Source: an uncultured virus (IMG/VR IMGVR_UViG_3300027804_000002)
Lineage: Duplodnaviria > Heunggongvirae > Uroviricota > Caudoviricetes
Virus record (IMG/VR): IMGVR_UViG_3300027804_000002
DNA length: 64,000 nucleotides
Reading direction: 5' to 3' (one strand)
Positions 9,766-16,767 of the stretch are shown here, piece after piece. The number at the start of each line of letters is the position of its first letter. Within the stretch, counting starts at the first letter, position 1. Under the pieces are notes generated by a model that was not told the origin of the DNA, made no database searches, and was given only the letters and a program-made list of their open reading frames with translations. The translations under genes and the position numbers were made by a program.

Positions 9766-9962
9766 GCCATTTTGTAATTGAATACTTATACGACGGGTGT
9801 TACATGATGGAAACACTTATGGGTGTTGAAGACGTTGATTTAAGCGAAAAACGTTTTGGGGAGTTGATGGGTGTTTGGGAATGCTCAACAATGGAAGAAG
9901 TTAAAATTTTGCATGAACATTTAAGGGAGATGAGACGTGAACGATCCAGTAAACAAGCCTAA
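9762..9962 (+). CDS. Hypothetical protein
   Basis: ATG 9762 overlaps the upstream stop. Confidence 0.5.
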   Translation: MSHFVIEYLYDGCYMMETLMGVEDVDLSEKRFGELMGVWECSTMEEVKILHEHLREMRRERSSKQA

Positions 9963-10146
9963 GCACTATACGGCACACCCCAGCGGTGTAGACTGCATAC
10001 AGATTACTGAGCATATGAATTTTTGCTTAGGTAATGCTATTAAATATATTTGGCGCGCTGATTTAAAAATCGATACCATTGAAGACTTGCGCAAAGCTCG
10101 TTGGTATATTGATCGTGAAATTGAACGCAGATTGGGAGTCCAATGA
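9937..10146 (+). CDS. DUF3310 (T7 gp1.7-like) protein
   Basis: 'DPVNKPKHY...FCLGNAIKYIWRA...EDLRKARWY'. Confidence 0.85.
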   Translation: MNDPVNKPKHYTAHPSGVDCIQITEHMNFCLGNAIKYIWRADLKIDTIEDLRKARWYIDREIERRLGVQ

Positions 10147-11262
10147 TGGAGTTCATCTTTGTAGCCATTATGTGCATAGGAACTAAATGTGATTTCATGG
10201 CAAGCGATATAGCTGTTCCAGAAACTCATTGTATTAAAATGAAAGAACAGTTTTTAACATTGCCGTTTAAACCAGAAATAACCCTAGCCGCCGCTCAGTG
10301 TATGAGATTTAATCAAGGAAAAAATGTATGAAATACTGGACAGAATTAATGCAGTTAGAAAATGCGTCAATTGAATTAGAAAGTGCGGTAGCAACGTTCA
10401 AAGCAGTTAACTGTGCAATTAAAGAACTCAGCGCAGAAGAAATGCAACTAGCGTATTGGAATGTTGAAAAGCAATTAATAGATTTACAAGAACGTATTGC
10501 TGCGGACTTTCAAAATCTGTTTGAAACTATTCGTGATGATGAACCAAAAAAGAAAGGTAAAAAATGAATCTGTGGAGTGAATACGACCGCTTTGACCTGG
10601 AGCAAGATATTATAAAGTGTTCTCAGATTGAGGAATACCTTGACGAGTTCTTACGGCAGTATTTAGATAAGCCCGAGCACATGACCGAAGATGAGGTATA
10701 TAACTATATCAGCGGGATCAAGTACGCCGCAAAACTTCAGAACCAACGGCTGTGGGATGGCTTTGAACAAATGGTAGGAAACGGTCATTTTGTGCAACTA
10801 GACAAATATAAGCCGGATGTGGACGTAGAACTTAAAATAAAGAAAGGTAAGAAGTGAGCAAAGATTTATTAGATGATTTTAATGTGACACTAGAGTTTTC
10901 TGTAAAGGACATCAACACGCTGTTAAATGTGTTGGCACAGTCACCGTTTATTCAAGTTGTTAACATTATTAATGCAATTCAAATACAAGCAGGTCCTCAG
11001 GTTGAGCAAGCAAAGAAAAACCTAGAGGCGGTTGAGAAAGCGCAAAAAGATGAAACTTAAAGATTTGTTGGACCGGGCCGGTATCCGTAACGATATAGAC
11101 AAGGCGCTGGAGGACAAAGAAGCAGCCAAGGAGAAACAGATCCAGGAAATGGCTGGAGCAGTAACCCGACTCATTATCAATGAGTCACTTAGGGAGGCCA
11201 AGGCTCGCGCTGAAGAGCGCGATAAACTCCTAATTAAACCAAATGGGGCGGAAAAGCAGTAG
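10143..11262 (+). CDS. Five small hypothetical genes (10143-10331, 10328-10567, 10564-10857, 10854-11060, 11050-11262)
   Basis: Successive overlapping start and stop codons with RBS-like purine runs. Confidence 0.6.
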
Positions 11263-11275
11263 ATTTTGCATTAGT
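11246..11275 (+). promoter_or_regulatory. Phage late-type promoter GGGCG-N15-TTGCATTAGT
   Basis: Same consensus and spacing as six - strand copies in the virion arm. Confidence 0.75.
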
Positions 11276-11349
11276 AAGTATAGGGTAGTACGTCTCGCCG
11301 GGAGGCGCCCGGAACCCCCATTTTACATACACAAACACAGGAGAATTAT

Positions 11350-11607
11350 ATGAATCCATTTGAATTACGCTATGACTTACTCAAGACCTCCAAGGAGTTC
11401 TTAACCGAGCAGTACAACGCCCAGCTAAAAGCCTGGGAAGTAGCTGACGAAGCTGGTAAAAAACTGCTTGAGCAAGCGCCCCAGTTCCCCACAATGCACG
11501 AAATCATTGACAACGCAATTGAGATGAACAAGTTTATCAGCACCACAATTGAGGCTCAATTGGTTGACGGCGTCAAGCGCTTTAACCGTATCACTGCAGT
11601 ATTTTAG
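11350..11607 (+). CDS. Conserved phage hypothetical protein
   Basis: 'NPFELRYDLLKTSKEFL...FPT...II..A.EMNKFIS'; AGGAG RBS. Confidence 0.65.
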   Translation: MNPFELRYDLLKTSKEFLTEQYNAQLKAWEVADEAGKKLLEQAPQFPTMHEIIDNAIEMNKFISTTIEAQLVDGVKRFNRITAVF

Positions 11608-11612
11608 TATCG

Positions 11613-11658
11613 GTTGCGACTTTTTTGAACCAATTTACAAAAAAGTCGCGACTTTTTT
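11613..11658 (+). terminator. Long hairpin with U-tract, overlapping a 20-bp palindrome
   Basis: GTTGCGACTTTTTTG (11613-27) pairs with CAAAAAAGTCGCGAC (11638-52), followed by T6. Confidence 0.6.
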
Positions 11659-11663
11659 ACAAT

Positions 11664-11744
11664 GGGGTAGGTATAGTTTCGACGAGGGGCCAAGGCTGAT
11701 ATGCAACCCAGCGGACCACGGGGCAGTACCGTGCTACTCCACCA
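11664..11744 (+). ncRNA. Minimal tmRNA-like RNA (tRNA-like domain only, alanine identity)
   Basis: Acceptor stem GGGGTAG/CTACTCC with G3:U wobble and encoded ACCA; tmRNA-type stemless D-loop ...TTTCGAC; GGAC followed by T-arm CACGG-GGCAGTA-CCGTG. Confidence 0.8.
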
Positions 11745-11749
11745 AACAC

Positions 11750-11860
11750 ATGACAACAAAAGACATTTTTTATTTAACAACCGTGCCAGTAGCTATGTTA
11801 GTAACTTATAAGTTACTATTGGAGCTGTGGTGTATAACTTATGGGTTAATTTATGGATGA
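11750..11860 (+). CDS. Small hydrophobic peptide (36 aa)
   Basis: ATG just after the RNA 3' end; hydrophobic sequence. Confidence 0.35.
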   Translation: MTTKDIFYLTTVPVAMLVTYKLLLELWCITYGLIYG

Positions 11861-12035
11861 TTTTAAGTGCCTTCCCAAAATGAAATCTGGCGGCCCAGTC
11901 GGCCTTTATGCCAACATCCACGCCAAACGAGAGCGCATCAAAGCCGGCTCCGGTGAGAAGATGCGTAAACCCGGTGCCAAAGGCGCACCAACCAAGGACG
12001 CATTTGTTCAGTCTGCAAAGACAGCTAAAAAATAA
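11853..12035 (+). CDS. Small basic phage protein with a GG-terminated leader
   Basis: 'MDDFKCLPKMKSGG' followed by 'GLYANIHAKRERIKAGSGEKMRKPG', a recurring small phage protein. Confidence 0.7.
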   Translation: MDDFKCLPKMKSGGPVGLYANIHAKRERIKAGSGEKMRKPGAKGAPTKDAFVQSAKTAKK

Positions 12036-12424
12036 TGGCAACCAAAAAACACCCCCAATCTAAGTATGACCCAGACATGTGCGATCGTATGATCGAACTA
12101 GGTAAGCTGGGCGCATCGCAAAAAATGATATGGTCCGAATTGGGCATATCAAAAGGAACGGCAGAAGCCTGGAAAAAGAAGTATCCAGAGTTTGCCGAAG
12201 CCTTAGATCTTTCCCTAGTCCATGCCCAAGCCTTTTGGGAACGGGAACTCCTAGCCAATGTGGACAATAAGAACTATAATAGCCGTCTAGCCGAGATTGC
12301 CCTCAGAGGCCAGTTCCAGCAAGACTATCGCGAAACCCGCGATACCAAAGTAGATCTTAAAGCGGAAGTTGTAGTCGATTTTAACAAAGAGATAGCTAAC
12401 CTAATTTCCGCCCTAAAGTCATAA
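12035..12424 (+). CDS. Terminase small subunit-like protein
   Basis: 'SKYDPDMCDRMIELG..G.S...LGISKGTAEAWKKKYPEFAEAL' HTH pattern typical of TerS; 129 aa. Confidence 0.7.
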   Translation: MATKKHPQSKYDPDMCDRMIELGKLGASQKMIWSELGISKGTAEAWKKKYPEFAEALDLSLVHAQAFWERELLANVDNKNYNSRLAEIALRGQFQQDYRETRDTKVDLKAEVVVDFNKEIANLISALKS

Positions 12425-12439
12425 AAAAGATATTTAGTC

Positions 12440-12478
12440 AAAATGGGACTTGACAGGTCCCATTTTTTGCATTAGTAT
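12440..12478 (+). promoter_or_regulatory. Terminator hairpin fused to promoter TTGACA-N17-TAGTAT
   Basis: AAAATGGGAC/GTCCCATTTT stem with TTGACAG loop; also contains TTGCATTAGT. Confidence 0.7.
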
Positions 12479-12508
12479 ATATACACTAATCTGACTAAAA
12501 AGGCTAAT

Positions 12509-13642
12509 ATGACTGCACACGCTATACTATCCGCTTCATCATCTAAAAGATGGATTTCTTGCACGCCCAGTGCTAGACTTGAAGCAACACTCCCAGAACC
12601 TAAAAAACCATCAGGGTCATTTGATTTTTCAGCGGAAGGCACTCTTGCCCATTCCCTGGCAGAAATCAAATTGCGCTTGCACTACACACAAATCACACAG
12701 GAGCAATATGAACAAGATCTGCAAGAAATACAAAGAAACAAATATTTCACCGACGAACTCGCTGATTACGTGGATAATTACGTACTCTACGTGCGTAGCC
12801 AAATCGGGGAGTCGGACACGCCGCTTTTTGAGCAACGTGTGGACTTCTCTGACTGGGTTCCTGATGGCTTTGGTACAGCCGATGTGGTTATACTTTCTCA
12901 GCACTCCATTCGGGTCATCGACCTCAAGTTTGGAAAAGGCATCCCAGTCTCAGCGCAAGACAACACACAGCTCAGACTCTACGCCCTCGGTGCGTACTCC
13001 AAGTTCAAAGACGAATACCCGGACATCAAAGAAGTCAGCTACACAATCCACCAACCGCGCCTCGAAAGCATCTCAACAGACGGCACAACCATCACGAAAC
13101 TCGTCGACTGGGCGCAGTACTTCGTCAAACCAAAAGCCAAAAAAGCATGGAGTGGCTCAGGCGACTTCCTCCCAGGCGAATGGTGCCAGTTCTGCAAAGC
13201 CAAAGCGCAATGCCGCGCCCGCTCGGACTTCAACAACGAGCTCGCAAAGCTCGAGTTCAGGGCGCCCCCGCTCCTCAGCCAAGAAGAAGTAAGCGACGTT
13301 TTAGTAAAAGCTCAGAACCTACGCACTTGGGTTAACGATGTAGAAGAGTTTGCTTTGGAAAGAGCGGTTACAGAAAATGTAATACCAAAGGGTTTTGAAT
13401 TAGGGACAACAATTACGCATCGTAAAATTGCTGATTCTCAACTAGCCGCTGAGATTTTAAAAGAAAAGGGTGTACCAGAAGAACAAATATGGGAGCCACG
13501 TAAAATAAAATCAATTGCCTCATTGGAAAAACTAGGCGCTAAAGGACAGGTTATGGCGTGGCTTGGCGGTTTGGTTCAACGCCCTGAAGGAGCTCCTAAA
13601 TTAGTCAGAGCAAAAGAAACTGCTAAAGAGGACTTCCAATGA
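12509..13642 (+). CDS. DUF2800 Cas4-like PD-(D/E)XK exonuclease
   Basis: 'HAILSASSSKRWISCTPS', 'GFGTADVVI', 'IDLKFGKG', 'NTQLRLYALG', 'WCQFCKAKAQC'. Confidence 0.9.
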   Translation: MTAHAILSASSSKRWISCTPSARLEATLPEPKKPSGSFDFSAEGTLAHSLAEIKLRLHYTQITQEQYEQDLQEIQRNKYFTDELADYVDNYVLYVRSQIGESDTPLFEQRVDFSDWVPDGFGTADVVILSQHSIRVIDLKFGKGIPVSAQDNTQLRLYALGAYSKFKDEYPDIKEVSYTIHQPRLESISTDGTTITKLVDWAQYFVKPKAKKAWSGSGDFLPGEWCQFCKAKAQCRARSDFNNELAKLEFRAPPLLSQEEVSDVLVKAQNLRTWVNDVEEFALERAVTENVIPKGFELGTTITHRKIADSQLAAEILKEKGVPEEQIWEPRKIKSIASLEKLGAKGQVMAWLGGLVQRPEGAPKLVRAKETAKEDFQ

Positions 13643-13782
13643 GCACATGGCTAATAGCTGCAATGGGGTTTGTTTATTTTATAGTAGCCATTGATCAGTT
13701 TATGAAAGGTGGCGTCGGCACTGGCATTATGTTTATCGGGTACGCACTCGGTAACGTAGGATTAGTAATGGTAGCAAAATAA
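13639..13782 (+). CDS. Small membrane protein (47 aa)
   Basis: Read directly from the sequence: MSTWLIAAMGFVYFIVAIDQFMKGGVGTGIMFIGYALGNVGLVMVAK. Confidence 0.55.
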   Translation: MSTWLIAAMGFVYFIVAIDQFMKGGVGTGIMFIGYALGNVGLVMVAK

Positions 13783-13796
13783 CAAGAAAGGCAAAT

Positions 13797-14054
13797 ATGT
13801 TATTAAAATTTTATGATGCCGAATTTGATATTCCTGAATTTGTAATTGAAAAATTTATTAAAGATTTTGACGGTTTAGCCGGTGGCAAAAACAGAGAATC
13901 GGTGTTACAATTAAGATACAACATTGAAGAAGTTTTGGAAGCAGTTGCAGAAGATCCAGAAATGTTGTATGATTACGAATGTCGTCAAGATTTTTTACAA
14001 GCCATTGCAATGCAACACGCTTTAAAACATCATGGTGTTATGTACGACGCATAG
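13797..14054 (+). CDS. Hypothetical protein
   Basis: ORF with GAAAGG RBS. Confidence 0.55.
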   Translation: MLLKFYDAEFDIPEFVIEKFIKDFDGLAGGKNRESVLQLRYNIEEVLEAVAEDPEMLYDYECRQDFLQAIAMQHALKHHGVMYDA

Positions 14055-14123
14055 TTTTGTAGTAAAGGGTAGACAGATTGGCCCCTATTGAAGCCCAGTC
14101 TCTAACGTTAAAAAGGTAATTTT

Positions 14124-14642
14124 ATGCCAGCAAAATCAGTAAAAACTAAATTTGTAACAGGTAAAGTGCGTTTTTCTTATGCGCACGTTTTTCAACCAGC
14201 AGAAACACCCAATGGCACAATGAAATACTCTGTGTCAATCCTTATCCCTAAAACAGATAAAGATACTATTGCTCGCTTTAATAAGGCTTTTGAAGATACC
14301 AAAACAGCCAATGCTTCTGTATGGGGCGGCACAGTTCCTAAGATGCTCAAAGGCGGTTTGCGTGATGGCGATGCAGAAAAAGATGACGCAACATATGCTG
14401 GTCATTATTTTATCAACGCTAACTCTAATGAGAAACCTGGTGTTGTAGATGCAGATCTCAACCCAATCTTGGATCCATCTGAGTTTTATAGTGGCTGCTA
14501 TGGTCGTGCTTCAATCACGTTGTATGCTTACGATACAAGCGGTTCCAAAGGTATTGCAGCAGGTTTAAACAACGTTCAAAAGTTAGAGGACGGCAATAAG
14601 TTAGGCGGTGCTACATCCGCTGCAGCAGATTTCGCAGTATAA
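14124..14642 (+). CDS. DUF2815 ssDNA-binding protein
   Basis: 'VRFSYAHVF', 'KYSVSILIPK', 'LRDGD', 'FYSGCYGRAS', 'GLNNVQKLEDG'. Confidence 0.9.
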   Translation: MPAKSVKTKFVTGKVRFSYAHVFQPAETPNGTMKYSVSILIPKTDKDTIARFNKAFEDTKTANASVWGGTVPKMLKGGLRDGDAEKDDATYAGHYFINANSNEKPGVVDADLNPILDPSEFYSGCYGRASITLYAYDTSGSKGIAAGLNNVQKLEDGNKLGGATSAAADFAV

Positions 14643-14669
14643 GTAGTCCTTTCGGTAGTAGGTAGTCCG

Positions 14670-14703
14670 GGGAGTGTCCGTAGAAACTACGGCCTCCCTT
14701 TTT
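14670..14703 (+). terminator. Intrinsic terminator
   Basis: GGGAG..CCGTAG-AAA-CTACGG..CTCCC followed by T5. Confidence 0.6.
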
Positions 14704-14733
14704 CATCAACCCATATAACATAGAGAACAACAC

Positions 14734-16608
14734 ATGGATCAGTATCAAGAATATATAGCCGCCAGCCGTTACGCACGTTTTGTAGATGACAAGCAACGCA
14801 GAGAAACGTGGGCAGAAACAGTAGATCGCTATGTCGACTATATTTTTAGTCGCACCCCAGCAATACAAGGTAAGACCGAATTACGAAATGAAATTTTTGA
14901 TGCTATCCATAACCTAGATTTGATGCCGTCCATGCGCGCCATGATGACGGCAGGAAAGAGTGCCGATCGTGATAACACTTGCGTATATAATTGCTCGTAT
15001 CTCCCAGTGGATGACCCCAAGTCCTTTGACGAAGCCATGTTCATCTTGCTCTGCGGTACTGGCGTTGGATTCTCAGTTGAATCCAAGTACATTAACAACT
15101 TGCCAGAAGTGCCAGAAACTTTGTTTGATTCAGAGCACACCATCGTCGTACACGACAGCAAAGAAGGCTGGGCGAAATCACTCCGCTTACTCCTTGCGCA
15201 CCTTTGGGCAGGCGAAGTCCCAAAGTGGGATGTTAGCGGGGTTAGACCTGCGGGAACAAGACTCAAAACATTTGGTGGAAGAGCTTCCGGGCCGGAACCA
15301 TTAGTAGATTTATTTAAGTTTGTTGTCAATACGTTTAAACACGCACAAGGGCGCCGCTTGAACAGTTTGGAGTGCCATGATATAATGTGCAAAATTGGTG
15401 AGGTAGTTGTAGTGGGTGGCGTACGTCGCTCTGCAATGATCTCGTTATCTGATCTTGATGATGAAAGGATTCGTCATGCAAAAGCTGGACCCTGGTGGGA
15501 CACTGCGCCGCATCGTGCGCTTGCGAACAACAGTGCGGTGTATAACGAAACACCTACTGTCGGAAAATTCATGGAAGAATGGCTCTCACTTTACAACTCA
15601 CATTCCGGAGAGCGAGGCATTTTTAATCGCGAGGCTGCTAGAAAGACGGTTGAAAAATACGGGCATCGTGATCCCAATTTTGAATTCGGAACTAATCCTT
15701 GCTCAGAGATCGTGCTCAGGCCGTATCAGTTCTGTAATCTCACTGAGGCGGTGGTAAGACATGACGACACTGAGGAAACGCTTCTTAGAAAAGTACGAAT
15801 TGCTTCGATTCTTGGCACAATACAGGCCACCTTTACAAAGTTTCCGTATCTGCGCAAAGTGTGGCAGCGCAACACCGAGGAAGAAAGATTGCTGGGAGTG
15901 TCGCTTACAGGAATTTACGATAACCCATTGCTCACAACACAAGGAGACAAACTAAATGCCCTACTTACCAGACTGCGGGAGGAAGCTCGAAGAGCCAATG
16001 AGGAATTTGCAATACTGCTTGGAATACCTAAGAGTGCTGCAATTACTTGCGTCAAGCCAAGCGGCACCGTCTCCCAACTCGTTGATAGCGCTTCTGGAAT
16101 CCACCCTCGACACTCTAAGTATTACATCCGCAGAGTTAGAGGAGATAAGAAAGACCCTTTAACTCAGTTCTTAGTCAGCCAAGGAATACCAAGTGAAGAC
16201 GATGTTTACAAACCTACTCAGACGACTGTGTTCAGCTTTCCAATTAAAGCCCCAGCAGGAATCACCAGAGCAGACGTCACACCAATGGATCATCTTTCCC
16301 TATGGCTTACATTCCAACGACATTGGTGTGAGCATAAACCTAGCGTCACCATCTCAGTGGAAGAAAAAGACTGGCCTTCAGTTGGCGCTTGGACCTGGGA
16401 TAACTTCAGCGAAATCTCAGGAGTTAGTTATCTACCGTACGATGGCGGAACCTACCGTCAAGCCCCGTACGAAGAGTGCACCGAAGCAGAGTACAACGAG
16501 CTAAAAGCCAAGGTCCCAACGATCAACTGGAACGAGTTCAAAGAAGTAACAGACAATGTGGAAGGAGCGCAACAGCTAGCATGTAGCGCTGGATCTTGTG
16601 AGATCTGA
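14734..16608 (+). CDS. nrdJ: Class II (adenosylcobalamin-dependent) ribonucleotide reductase
   Basis: 'YNCSY', 'GGVRRSA', 'TNPCSEI', 'TCVKPSGT', C-terminal 'ACSAGSCEI'; no small-subunit gene nearby. Confidence 0.9.
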   Translation: MDQYQEYIAASRYARFVDDKQRRETWAETVDRYVDYIFSRTPAIQGKTELRNEIFDAIHNLDLMPSMRAMMTAGKSADRDNTCVYNCSYLPVDDPKSFDEAMFILLCGTGVGFSVESKYINNLPEVPETLFDSEHTIVVHDSKEGWAKSLRLLLAHLWAGEVPKWDVSGVRPAGTRLKTFGGRASGPEPLVDLFKFVVNTFKHAQGRRLNSLECHDIMCKIGEVVVVGGVRRSAMISLSDLDDERIRHAKAGPWWDTAPHRALANNSAVYNETPTVGKFMEEWLSLYNSHSGERGIFNREAARKTVEKYGHRDPNFEFGTNPCSEIVLRPYQFCNLTEAVVRHDDTEETLLRKVRIASILGTIQATFTKFPYLRKVWQRNTEEERLLGVSLTGIYDNPLLTTQGDKLNALLTRLREEARRANEEFAILLGIPKSAAITCVKPSGTVSQLVDSASGIHPRHSKYYIRRVRGDKKDPLTQFLVSQGIPSEDDVYKPTQTTVFSFPIKAPAGITRADVTPMDHLSLWLTFQRHWCEHKPSVTISVEEKDWPSVGAWTWDNFSEISGVSYLPYDGGTYRQAPYEECTEAEYNELKAKVPTINWNEFKEVTDNVEGAQQLACSAGSCEI

Positions 16609-16690
16609 TCCATGGAAGTGCCCGCCACTCAATCTCTTTAACTGGAGTATTGCGTGGCGGTGGCGTAAATAGTTTCACGTGGTGGTGATT

Positions 16691-16727
16691 GGGGGCGCTT
16701 GCACAGGCCCCCTTTTTTATGTATAAT
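16691..16727 (+). promoter_or_regulatory. Terminator hairpin fused to promoter TTGCAC-N17-TATAAT
   Basis: GGGGGC/GCCCCC stem followed by T6; the -35 lies in the loop; TATAAT at 16722-27. Confidence 0.65.
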
Positions 16728-16767
16728 AGTTTTATCGCCGATACGTCGGCTTGCCTAAGGAGCGATT

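Noticed and set aside
11246..11275. Sigma-54 promoter reading of GG...TTGCA
   Set aside because: The GG-to-GC spacing is far longer than the fixed -24/-12 spacing.
11664..11744. Canonical tRNA-Ala, or a permuted two-piece tmRNA
   Set aside because: There is no D stem, no TTC T-loop and no U before the putative anticodon. The 5' and 3' halves are in normal order, and I found no separate tag-coding piece.
11549..11749. 5' part of the 103-aa ORF 11549..11860
   Set aside because: It crosses a terminator-like hairpin and the structured RNA. Only the part from ATG 11750 is plausible.
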